A stretch of DNA of 64,000 nt, taken from Oculina patagonica. Taxonomy: Eukaryota. Position 1 is the stretch's first letter. Every line of letters starts with the position of its first letter. Shown piece by piece: positions 49,501-61,015 of this stretch. A model generated the notes under the pieces. The model saw only the letters and a program-made list of their open reading frames with translations, did no database searches and was not told the origin of the DNA. The DNA is taken from NCBI RefSeq assembly GCF_052425735.1, contig NC_135765.1:16368001-16432000 (forward strand). The letters are read 5' to 3'. Made by a program: the position numbers and the translations under genes.

Positions 49501-52500
49501 CGAAGAAACACATAAATTCTAGGCCAACTTAGCAATTTGTCGTTATGAAGAACAAAATAAATGTTTTATGTGCACGGTAATCTGAATCACGGGTACAGAT
49601 AGCGTTGAAGGGACGGCGCAAAAAGTAAAATACCGATGGAATTTCTTTCGGATCTTTTTTAATTAGTAATTTTGCTTAGCTATCTCATCGCACTGTAGTG
49701 TCACATGGTTTTCCAAAAGGTTAAGCTTGCCATTGTTCTTCAAAACATGTAGCCAAGTACAAACAAATGTACTCGCTTGAGTTGTCACAGCTTATTAAGG
49801 CAGTTTTTATTCTTCACAGCAATCCTGTCGCCCTCTACTCAACTGCAGTCGTCAGTGGCCACCTCTTTATTAATAACACCTACTTGCGAGTCATCTCTGT
49901 CATACTTACCAGTGATGTTTTCAACTATTGCTCAGAAAACAATTACTACGCCTACTTCGCCAACCAAGCCGTCACCAGCTAAGCCATCAGCAACTAGGTC
50001 GTCATCAACCAAGCCATCACCAAGTAGGGTGTCACTAACCAAGCCATCCCCATCCAGATCGTCACCAACAAAGCCATTACCATCCAGGTTGTCATCAACC
50101 AAGCCATTTCCAAGTAGGTTATCACCAACGAAGCCATCACCAAGTAGGCCGTCATCCAGGTCGTCACCAACCGAGCCATCACCATCCAGATCGTCACCAA
50201 CCGAGCCATCACCATCCAGATCGTCACCAACCGAGCCATCACCATCCAGATCGTCACCAACCGAGCCATCACCATCCAGATCGTCACCAACCGAGCCATC
50301 ACCATCCAGATCGTCACCAACCGAGCCATCACCATCCAGGTCGTCACCAACCGAGCCATCACCATCCAGGTCGTCATCAACCAAGCCATTGCCAAGTAGG
50401 TTTTCACCAACAGAGCCATCACCAAGTAGGTCGTCACCAACCAAGCCTTCATCACCAACCAAGCCATCACTATCCAGGGCACCAACCAAACATTCACCAT
50501 CCAGGGCACCAACCAAGCCATCATCATCCATGTCGTCACCAACCATGCCATCACCAACCATGGCACCCACCAAGCCATCACCATCCAGGGCACCAACGAT
50601 GCCATCGCCATCCAGGGCACCAACCAAGCCATCACCATCCAGGGCACCAACCAAGCCATCACCAAGTAGGTCGTCGCCAACCATGCCATCACCATCCAGG
50701 GCACCAACCAAGCCATCACCAAGTAGGTCGTCGCCAACCATGCCATCACCATCCAGGGCACCAACCAAGCCATCACCAACAAGGGTACCAACCAAGCCAT
50801 CGCCATCCAGGTCGTCGCCAACCAAGTCATCGCCAAGCAGGTTGTCACCAACCATGCCGTCGCCAACCAAGCTGTTTTCGTCATTTCCACAGCTTAACAA
50901 CAAGAGGCATTATCAATTTCCCTATTGGACAATCCCCACGGCCATCCTTGGAGTGATCCTTGTCATAATCGTCGTTTTCTTGGTTCGTAAAAGCTATCAA
51001 CGGGGAAAGCGTAGACGTTATATGGAGAACTACCTTCAAGATTCCACAAAGGACACCTCTGAAGGTTTCTGCCAATATATAGCTTAGTGATCAGGGTAAT
51101 ATGTGTTGAGAAACGGTTGAGACTTTCCTCTTAATTATAAGTAATGTAGTCGGTGATATATGGAAAAATAATGGCGAAAGTAATTCAGTTGTGACAAAAT
51201 CAATTTTAACCTGCATACTTAGCGAAGACTATGCTCAATGTTCCTTCATAGTCCTCAAGTAGATTTTTTGGCAACCAACCGTTCTTTTTTCGGCTATATG
51301 GCAGTTACCGGAGCAGTCCCCTCGGTACAGTTTGACTGAGCTGAAAATAGAAACTGAAGGAGGCTCGATGTAGTTTTTTTAACCGAAGGGTGGTTGTTTT
51401 GAAAATTAAAATTATCTAGGAAGCCAATGTTCGATTTTTGCCAAAATACACCATAATGATCAAATACGACCAAATTTTAATTTTTTACTCGTCACATTGT
51501 CACAAAGGTTACCATAGCAACCACTGACATTTTCTTTTGTTCTCAAACAAGCTTGATTTTCTCGAAATCTAGATTGACTCTTGGTATTCATTTTTTTGAT
51601 ATGTTCAAGTATAGTAGATTGATTACCTGTACACAAAATTTTAGGAAAATCTGTAAGAGCGTTTTAGAGTAAATCAAGAATGAAGTTTTTGGTATTTTCT
51701 TATAGTTTCCTACAATCGGCAGTCGATATATTTTTACAAATTAAAGCAAAATGTCTTTCGCTTTTAGGTAATGGTCTTTGATGGTGTGAATATTTTTATT
51801 TCAGTGAGAGCAACTTTGCTCAAATAATACGAAACAATTTTAAAGGGCCTATTTTATATTAAAACGGTGTTTTTCTGAAAATTTCATTCTTGATTTACTT
51901 GAAAACGCTCTTACAGATTTTTCTAAAATTTCGTCAACAGTTAGTCAATCTACTGAACTTCAACATATCAAAAAATAAACACCAAGAGTCAATCTAGATT
52001 TCGAGAAAATCAAGCTTGTTTGAGAAAAAAAGAAAACGTCAATCGTTGCTATGGTAACCTTTGTCACTAAGTGACGGGTAAAAAATTAAAATTTGGTCAT
52101 ATTTGATCATTATGATGTATTTTGGCAAAAATCGAAAATTGGCTTCCTGGATAATTTTAATTTTCAAAACAACCACCCTTCGGCTAAAAAAAGTACATCG
52201 AGCCTCCTGAACGCTCATCGGTACTTGACGATGAAAGGAAAATGCCAGTACAGTAAAGATCTTTGCTCAAACATAAATTTTATCCCCTTTGCCAATTAAA
52301 TTGATGTTCACTGTCATTCATTTTATTTGTTTCGCTTATGTTCATTCACTAACCTCGAGATCACCTGCCTTCAAGATGTCGACGCCGTTTGCTTTTCCTC
52401 GGTTACCGTCGGTACTGAGCTAAACCGTGCCTGCCGAGGCGTTCAACCGTCGACAAACCTTGGATGGTTTATGTTTGCTTCTGCCAATATTTACTGAGGC

Positions 52501-52706
52501 TTACTACAGGCTTACACAATTTAAACTTTTACTACGGTTAAGTTAATTTTTAGTTAAAACAAAGCCTACTTGAACACCTCTCGTAAAAATACGGAGTTAG
52601 TCTTTTTACGTCCTATTAAAATCATTTTTATTCTTTTTCTGCAGAAGGAGATTTACCTATCTTGCTAGAAAACCTTGCCGATGATGAAATGCTCTTAACA
52701 GCTTAG
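40566..52706 (+). CDS. Gene B: mucin-like type I membrane protein with signal peptide, polybasic propeptide, P/S/T repeat ectodomain, TM and DXXLL tail
   Basis: Exons 40566-40796, 42422-42487 (weak donor GTAGAT), 43323-43395, 49820-51064, 52645-52706 (1677 nt, 558 aa), all phase-compatible. Signal MGKIILVFFVVLACLYPVAS; RRFKR; ends EGDLPILLENLADDEMLLTA*. Confidence 0.85.
41515..41891. mobile_element. MITE (PIF/Harbinger-like ends)
   Basis: CAGCCGCACACTAGAG..CTAGCTGAGCTA and TAGCTCAGCTAG..CTCTAGTGTGCGGCTG; TSD unclear. Confidence 0.7.
43575..45257 (-). mobile_element. Internally deleted Gypsy/Ty3 LTR retrotransposon in gene B intron 3
   Basis: 3' LTR 43575-43675 (TGT..ACA, 101 bp) with adjacent PPT GAAAGAGGGGGA; partial 5' LTR 45198-45257 followed by PBS TGGTGTCA; frameshifted gag fused to an integrase C-terminus (QKYFYDRH..LKPGDPV..YTTQSGRRVKKP); PR, RT and RH absent. 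Confidence 0.85.
47311..47715. mobile_element. MITE with ~7-8-bp TSD
   Basis: GAGGGGTGAAT...ATTCACCCCCTC; ACTCATG on both flanks; AATCCG motifs. Confidence 0.65.
48000..48790 (-). mobile_element. BEL/Pao retrotransposon pol remnant
   Basis: Minus strand reads ADIEKAFRQI (Pao RT motif) near 48100-48140 and DTESLGI..DDEEFLESFI upstream; disrupted. Confidence 0.65.
49960..50870 (+). repeat. Coding tandem repeat (30-nt SSPTEPSPSR and 27-nt APTKPSPSR units)
   Basis: Seven near-identical 30-nt units at 50161-50370, flanked by degenerate 27/30-nt units. Confidence 0.95.
51359..52207. mobile_element. Long-TIR palindromic MITE (Kolobok-like) in gene B intron 4
   Basis: GGAGGCTCGATGTA...TACATCGAGCCTCC, ~330-bp TIRs; TSD TGAA/TGAA; empty site TTAA at 35265-35268. 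Confidence 0.9.
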
Positions 52707-54465
52707 AGAGAAAGCTTCATTAACATAGAAACTTCTTTGTTTTTTTTTTTTTGTTTATTATGATGTATTTTTCACTTTCCAGTGTTTTGGGTTTGATTCA
52801 AAATAGTCGGGTTATAAAGTTGTAGTTGCCGGGAAGATCCTCTGTGCCCGGCCCCTAGTGAAAGCCGTTTTTCCCACGTTTCTTTGCTTTTGTTATATTC
52901 ATTGTACTATTTGGAAAGTTTTTTAGGCCAAGAACAAATCGCCGGTGGTATTTTCGTTTCGACTTGTGACTTTAAATTAAAAAAGTAATTTCGATTGTAA
53001 GCAGTGTCCCTTCTTCTTTTTTTTAATCAGTGATGATAGGTTTAGATAAATGAATATGTGTTCCATATTATGAAATAAATACGTTTTTCATGCTGCTGTT
53101 AGTGAAGAAACAAGCTGGCCACGAGAACGAGGTGGCTGTTCTCTACCAGAGTGTCTCGGAATACCTATAAAGTCAGATCACGCACTTTCACTGACACGAA
53201 TCAGTACGGGGAGACTTCGATGACCCAATAAAAAGTGATTAGGAGACCAGGTATTCTATGGTGGATCGGAGGGTTTTGATTTTTCAAACCAGTAGACCAG
53301 CGAATAAGTTTATAATACTCCAGAAGTGTGCCTAGAAAACCTGATCTACAAGCGAGTGCGCTCAGCCACTCGAGGCAGATGATTTTTGTAGGGCATAAGC
53401 GACAATCACTAATGTAAAGCGGTACAGTTGAACATCTCTTATACGGACACTGAAGGGACAGAGCAAAGTGTCCGTATTAAGAGAAAGTTTTTATATTTAG
53501 TACGGATCGGTGTGCAAAATGGAAAACTAGAAATTCCCCAAACTTTGTCACAATAAAAAATAAGCCCTTCGGAAACTATTTTAAAAAATATATAAATCAG
53601 ATCGTTTGCATTTATATTTTTTAAATAAATCGATTTTCTAGTTTTCACCCTTGGATAAGGCTTCAGACTACCGTAAAATGTGTTTCGTATTTTCGGCCAT
53701 GGTATATAAAATAAAACACAAATGCCACAACTTCTTCAATTACTTTTAATTTAATGACCCTTCCTGTAAATTTTGCCATTACTAGATTTTGCGAGATTCC
53801 AATTTGAATTTTTTATAAATAGTACTCCAAAGAATTATCGTTCTGTGAAATAAAGTTTTGGGGCAATGCAAACTACGAGGTTTGACAACCGAAAAAGTTA
53901 ACGGTACTTGCTTGAAATTTACGACTATTGAACTTACAGTTTTACTGATCAATTCAAGAGATAAGTCGGACGTCAGCTGACATTTTGACCTAAATGCAAC
54001 CATTCCTTCCATATTAAATGAATGTTAGGTATTCGGGATTGTTAAGAAGTAATTCATTAAAATAATATTACTTTCACACCAAAACTGAGCTTTAAAACTT
54101 CTTGAAGTGTTCTTGCGTGTTTGTTTATTCTAATTGCAATGATTGAAAATTCTACCTCACGTTTGCATAAGTGGTTCTATTTTGTTTTCCGCTAAGTCTA
54201 AAACATTCTCACTGAATCAGGATGACTTCACAGAACAGAAAGATTTTCTTCCTAGATTTTAGAATATGTAACTTACCTTCCTACATGCATGCCTTGGTAA
54301 GCAGCACAGCATTAGTGATGGCATGTTGCGTGACAAGTCACTTTTCCACAAATACCGACTGGTCGCCCCTTGTGTCGGTATGTAGTGTATTACATGTAGG
54401 GCAGCGGTTACTCATAAGAGTACATCCGGGATGCGAAGAGTGTGTAGTGAGCAGGAAATCGAGTA

Positions 54466-54926
54466 CAGCAAAAACCCGCGTATAAGAACCTAACATTTAA
54501 GAACCTGTTAGGCTAAAATTTCATTTTTAAGCACCCTTCACATAAGAACCATTTTAGGCTAAAATTCTAAAACAGGTTCTTATTTTCAAAAAAGAAAAAA
54601 ATAATCTCAAAAATTTATAATTAAAAAATCTTCTCAAAAATATATTTATAACACAGTCTGTACACATTATAGTTACAGCATAGTTACATAAAACTTGTCC
54701 TCCTTGAATATAATTATTAACTATTTTGCTTACCGAAGCCTCCAAGAATACTGTTATTGGACATTAAAGACCAGATCATTTAAAAATTCTACTTTATTTC
54801 TTGAAGTAAAGTTAAGAACCTAATTAAGAACCTAGTTAGCCTAATTTTACACTAAATACCATTTATATAAGAACCTGTTTAGGCTAACTTGAGAAAACCT
54901 AGGTTCTTATACGCGGGTTTTTACTG
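54466..54926. mobile_element. Tc1/mariner-pogo-type MITE nested in the Gypsy LTR
   Basis: TA-CAGCAAAAACCCGCGTATAAGAACCT...AGGTTCTTATACGCGGGTTTTTACTG-TA; a related fragment at ~3148-3270. Confidence 0.9.
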
Positions 54927-56296
54927 TACTGTGTATTGTCGTGTGTTCTGCTATTAAAAGCAGCTGTTAGCCTTTGTGTCCCTTGAACACTACAAATTGG
55001 CGACGAGGATGTCAAACTCAGTGGAACGAGCGTTGCCGCCCTTAAATTTGACGGGTTCTTCCTCTCAGGTCGCCGAACGGTGGCGACACTGGAAACGATC
55101 CTACCATCGATGGCAAAGGAATTACGAACGCCTCTCGAAAGAAAGCTCAATTACTTCATTTAGCGGGCATGGAAGTCCAAGATATTTTTCAAGACTTTCC
55201 TGATCCAGGGCCGATCATTGCCGAGGAGGATAACGAGTATGTAGTGTGTCTTCGTAAGCTTGATGCTCTCCAGCTCATTTTCGTTCCGAGGACAGTGTGC
55301 CATACAAGCGCCATTTTTTTCGACAACTTGCGCCTACCAAGGGGGAGTCCGCTGACAAATGTATGGTTCGTTTACGAAAATAAGCTCGTCACTGTAATTT
55401 TGGCGAAGCTTTGGAGAAAAATTTGCGAGATCAGCTGATCGAAATTATCTCCGATGTTTAGCTGAAGAAGAAATTACTAGAGGTGAATAATATTACGCTA
55501 GAAATTGCGATTCATAACGTCCGAAAGTGGGAAGCTTCACGTGAACTAGCGAGTCGAATGGTTACGCCAAGTCAAGAGCAACAAGAACCCGGAGCAAGTG
55601 GTGGAGCAGGGACTAATGCTGTTGAAGAAAGGTCTGGGCGTGGATCGAAAGGTAAAGGTGTTTGTTTCAACTGTGGAAAAGAAGGTCACTTTGCTAAAGA
55701 CGGTAGTTGTCCAGCTCGTGGACGCAAGTGTAGTAAGCGTGGCAAATACGGACACTATGCTAGCTGTTGCAAGGGGGAAGGAACCCGAAGTTTGGAAAGC
55801 CAAATACCACTTTACGACGGGGAGGAAGACATCAGAGTCAAGAAAAAGTAGGTCAGGCCAATCTTGTAGAGGAATCGTTGGAACCCCCCAGGTGAGAATG
55901 ATTCATTTGCTTTTACCGTAGAAGAGCAGGCATGCAATTTGGCCGCTTCTAATAAGCCAGTGATTTGTGTAGGCATTGGGGGAGTCAACAGGGATGTGTT
56001 AGTTGACTCTGGCTCTGGGAGTAATCTAATAAAAATGGACACTGTTAAAGAGTTAAAACAAAAGGGAATTGACATTCCGTTGCAACCCTGCACAAGAAAG
56101 TTGTATGCGTATGGGGGTCGTGCGCTTGAAATCGAAGGTCAATTTCAGTCAGAAGTCTCTGTTGGTAAAACGAAGATTGGGGCAGATTTCATTGTTGTCA
56201 AAGTGGGTCGTGGTTTGCTAGGGCTGCCATAGATCTTAGAATCCTTCGTGTGGATCCAACTGGAACTCTTAGTAAAGGGAACTGTAACACTGTTAA

Positions 56297-57309
56297 GATG
56301 GCTCCATAGGGTTTCTTGACCGCGCGAAGAATGGGTACGAAAGGGCGAGCTTGAAATGCCGGCAAATCAAAACAAACATGGCGGCTTCACGCGAGCGTGA
56401 AATTTTCGGCGAGAAAACGCGAGACTTGCGTCCTGCCAATGAAACAACACCCGTGCTTTCCTGTGTTGAGCAGATAAAAGAGTTTACAACACCCTAAAAA
56501 GGTGTTTACAACGTCCGCGGTGCTTCTGGCCGCTTTTGTGAAGTTCGTACGATCGAAAGCAAAAGAGAAAATAACGAATAGTCTCCGCAATTGTAAAATA
56601 CTTGGAGTAGAATTTCAGAGATTCTGCTACATAAAGGATTAAGGTATGTCTCTAACTAACCTTGGGGTTAACAGATATTAGCACAAAAACCGACAACAAC
56701 GGGGAACGCTCGTCTTTACACATCAACTCGTATGGTTCGAAAGTTCGCGCATGCTCAAATAGCGATCTTGGACAATTTCTATTCTGATGACGTAATTGTT
56801 ATTCGGGCGAAAATAGAAATTTTCCCCTTGTATTTACTAGAGTTTCCTTCGGTGAAATTCCTTAAAATTTGGCATAGATGTGATACCTTTTTAACTGCCC
56901 TTTTTGCCGTTTTTAAATCTGTAAGCCAGTTTTTTTGCTTAGTCAAAAAAACACAAAATAACCAAAAACGCAAAAACGACCTGGACAACCCCTACTTTTT
57001 TTGTTTTTAAAAGTTATTTCTCATCAAATTCAATCCGTTGGAAGAATTTCAAAAAATTTCACCGAAGAAAATTAAAGAAATTTAAGATCAAAGCCAAAAA
57101 AACACCAAAAAATAGCACTTTTTGAGTAGATGAAGCTCAAAAACAAAGGCCGTTATTTTAAAAAAGAATAATGCCAACATATTTTAGTCCTTGTTTTTAA
57201 TATTTCGGCAGCTTTTATTTAACTAGTTTAAAAAATAACGCGAAAATGATCTCTTGATGGGTATCACTTGTGCGCGCGCCGTAATATCTCAAAACCCTAT
57301 GGAGCCACC
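56297..57309. mobile_element. TTAA-target MITE (Kolobok-like) nested between Gypsy protease and RT
   Basis: TTAA-GATGGCTCCATAGGGTTT...AAACCCTATGGAGCCACC-TTAA. Confidence 0.9.
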
Positions 57310-58745
57310 TTAATAGCACTTTTGTAGGACAGCTCGAGGCAAAGTACCCAAGTGTGTTTCGTGGGATCGGGAAACTGAAAGGTTACCACGTGAAGTTGCA
57401 TGTTGATCCTAGTGTAACAACAGTGGTTCAAAAGATGCGTAGAGTACCTTTTTCCATGAGAGAAAAGGTAACTGCCAAGGTTAACGAACTTCTTCAGAAG
57501 GACATAATTGAGAAGGTTGAGGGGCCCACAGCATGGGTTAGCTCGGTTGTTGTTGTTGTTCCAAAAGCGTCAGGGGACATAAGGTTATGTGTATATATGC
57601 GTAGGGACAATGAAGCCATTGTCCGTGAGAGATTGCCAATACCAACGATAGATGAGGTCTTGGAGAGCTTAAAGAGGAGTGCTGTGTTCTCGAAATTAGA
57701 TTTGAGATGGGGTTTTCACCAGATCGAGTCGGATGCTGATTCAAGGGATATCACTGCTTTTGCCACCCATGACAGAATATTTCGGAACAAGCGTCTGAGC
57801 TTTGGAGTTAATGCTGCGCCAGAAAAGTACCAGCATATTATTACCCAGTCAATGGCCGGTCTCTGAGGAGTGGCTAATATAGCAGATGATTTCATCGTTC
57901 ATGGTCGAGACAATGAGGAACATGATAAAAACTTACAGCGTGTACTGGAGCGATTTAGTGAGAAGCAGCTAACCTTGAATGCGGAAAGGTGCACCTTCAG
58001 GATGAGCAAAGTAGTGTTTATGGGCCTTCTGCTCAGCAAACATGGAGTCAAGCCTACTGAGGAAAAAGTCAGAGCTGTTGCTGAAGCAAGTCAACCACAG
58101 ACACCCTCAGAAGTTCGTAGCTTCTTGGGTCTTGTCGGATTCAGTGCCAGGTTTATCCCGATTTTGCAACAACTGCTGATCCCTTTAGAAGACTTGCAAG
58201 AACTGTTTTTGTGGGGCAAGGATCAAGAGAACTCATTTCAGAAATTGAAGAGCCAAGTTTCAATTGCAACAGTCTTAGCGTACTTTGACAAGGATGCACC
58301 TACTCGTGTTATTGCAGAGTTTAGTTCGGTGGGGCTCAGAGCAGTGCTGGTCCAAGAGAAGAATGGAGAAAGTCGTGCTGTCTGTTACGCCAGTCGTAGT
58401 TTAAGTCAAGTGGAGCGCCGCTATAGTCAAACCGGAGAAAGAAGCACTAGCCTTAGTTTGGGCATGTGAACGCTTTCACCTCTACTTGTATGGGCTGCCG
58501 CAGTTTGACCTCGTTACAGAACATAAAGCACTCAAAGTAATCTATTCAAGGAAGTCCAAACCTTCAGCCCGGGTAGAGCGCTGGGTTCTGCGACTACAAC
58601 CGTACAATTATCAAGTTTGTTATGTGCCATCCAGAAAGAATATTGCAGATGCCCTCTCCCGATTGACAAAGATACCTGCCTCAGACCAGTCCCAGGAGGA
58701 CGATGGATACATACGCCTGGTAGCTTTGCATGCTGTCCCCGCAAC

Positions 58746-59135
58746 AGGCGCCTTGTGTGTGACCGTTCATTAACACACACTCAGCTGCAAAAATCTATCA
58801 AGCTTTCATCGAGCCTCACTTCATGTACTGTAGCTGTGTATGGGATGGTCTCAGCCAAACTTTAAGTGATAAGTTGCAAAAACTATAAAACCGCGCTGCA
58901 ATAATAATTACGAAATCTAGCTATCATGCTAGTGCGGATTCTCTCCTTGAGATGCTTGTATGGGTGAGGGTCTCAGTTAGCCGAACAAAGCAAAAGGCAG
59001 TTATCATGTTCAAAACCCTGAACAAACTAACGCCCCCATACATGCAAGATGTGTTCTCTGCTTGTAAGTTTCTCCACAGCATCCGCAACTCTGAGAACCT
59101 TCTGCAATTATCTAAACCAAGAACTAATTTTCCGT
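58746..59135 (+). mobile_element. CR1/L2-like LINE ORF2 3' fragment
   Basis: Frameshifted IYQAFIEPHF..YCSCVWDG..KLQKL.NRAAIII..MFKTLNKLTPPYM..PRTN. Confidence 0.7.
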
Positions 59136-61015
59136 GATAAAATAAAGTTTAATTCTCTTCTGTTCTATTCTTATCTTGTTATATCATCCATACATAAAAT
59201 TATAGTCGGGGAAATGCCGTTTTGGGACATCGTCGTTGAATTCTCCTCATCAGAGTTCTCATCTTTTAATTTAATCATTAAAAATAACTTAAGTACACAT
59301 ACTCACAAATACTCTTAACTTTCCTGCACATGATAGCTAAGTCAAAGCAAAGAAGACCTGTGACGCTGTATTTTTCATTTCTTTTTTCGTTCTTTCCTGT
59401 TTTACAAGCTGCGTGTCTAGCAGAGTTTTTCACTCGTCTTTGCTAATCATCGCCATTGAATGAAAAAGTAAAACTGTAGTGAGAAATGACAAATAGAAGT
59501 TTCCACAGAGGAAAACTTAATCTAGTTTTCTATTAACGTCAACACAACTCCAACTACTGATTGTACAGTTCGATGGCGGCCATCTTCGTACCCCAAAGAG
59601 GGACACAGACATGGCAGTTACATACCAGATGCTGTAATTTTCTCATAATTATATTTGTAATAATTTGGTTGTGAAAAAGACTACAAAGCAAAAATTTCGA
59701 GAAAACACTTATTTTTGCCTGCTCAATTATCCGATAGTTTTCTGGTGTTTTTCATCCAAACAAACAGTTTTTGAAACAATGGTGAAAACCACCAACAGCG
59801 AAGTGAACCCGCACTTTGGCAAAAACTCAGGGCAAAAACTCAGGGCATTTTGGCAAAACTCAGGAAAGCGCCTTAAACAGATCTAGAACTATACTTTTTT
59901 TCGATAGGCAACCCCCTATAGCTTCGCCACAAACAACGTTGAGGCTTTCTTAATCGACAAATTACGTAGGAGGGGAATGGGATTGAAAAATAATTAAGAT
60001 ACTCTGAGGGACATGCTGCTGCGACAAATATCCCTATGTGTATCAGCACCGTTAGAACATTTTTAAGAGCATGCGCATAGTGCCTATACAAAAGAAAAAC
60101 GTTCTGTCTCGGTTTCTAAGTACCCTAAAATGTGCTAGGAAATGGATATGTTTGGTCTTCTCGCAGACCCTCAGTTGTTAATCCAGAGACATATTTTTTT
60201 TAAAAAAACCGTAACTCGCGACACTATCAGCGTTACATATTTAAAATGAATGATGGCTGGTACAGAAAGTGTTGTTTTATACAATGTGCATAGCGTGAAG
60301 CTAAATGTACATTGTCGTAAGAGCTTGGCGAATGCATGGGACATGGAAGGTGGGGTAGGAGATTGTACGGCTACCTTTATATTCTTGAGGCAGAGACGCA
60401 AATCAACGCTCTTTCTGGCATTTCTGAGCTGATTTCATGACATGATTTGCCTGCCAACGTTTCTGTTCCTGCTTGTGATAGATTGTAAATTTAAAAGTGT
60501 CCTGCATATTTTGTATTTAAGACCTTTTTGACTGAGAGGGATCAATCATGCAGTCCGCATTTTTGATGTAAAGTTGTCATTCAGTTCAATATTCTTTTGT
60601 TCAAAGCCAATCCAGGGTGCCGCAAAGCGGAACAAAACGGTCAAGTGGCTATTTATATGCAAGTAATCACAACAGTAATCACAATCAATATCATTGTTTT
60701 GTTCAATTCCTACTTCTGGTTTCTTGGCATTCAATAAACTTGAAAGCACCATCCAAACCTTTAAAGTTTAAATGTTATGCCACTTACTAATGATGTGGGC
60801 TTAAACAAAATCTTAACTCGATTGCTGTCTGCCGTTCAATGAAAAAAAATAACAATACGTTATAAACTCATTTCTTCTTTGATGTTTCTAATGCCTTTAG
60901 GCAAAACAAAATGACGCTATGACGTCAGTAGTAATTGGCCTCTCGTGCTGTATTGGCCATGCAGCATTTACAGCAGCGTGCATTTAGCGTGTTTGCTTTT
61001 AGCTCGGGCGTCAAA

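Larger units (their letters stand above)
54381..58745 (+). mobile_element. Decayed, 3'-truncated Gypsy/Ty3 LTR retrotransposon
   Basis: 5' LTR TGTAGTGT(54381)...ACACTACA(54994); PBS TGGCGACGAGG; gag with CCHC knuckle CFNCGKEGHFAKDGSC; protease VLVDSGS; RT (KLDLRWGFHQI, SFGVNAAP, IADD); RNase H (YASRSL, IADALSR). Many stops and frameshifts; no integrase or 3' LTR. Confidence 0.9.

Noticed and set aside
49936-49940. Alternative acceptor (ctcAG|AAA) for the gene B mucin exon
   Set aside because: Phase 0, incompatible with the phase-1 donor of exon 3; the acceptor before 49820 fits.
49932-50903. 323-aa Asp-rich antisense ORF (GDDLDGDGSV repeats) resembling an acidic calcium-binding skeletal protein; also the 298-aa ORF 49994-50890
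   Set aside because: Shadow frames of the P/S/T repeat. No signal peptide or splice support, and the plus frame fits a complete gene. Only stranded RNA-seq could revive it.
57354-58773. RT/RNase H ORFs as a functional or domesticated gene
   Set aside because: In-frame stop at 57864-57866, frameshifts and MITE insertions; an ordinary decayed Gypsy.
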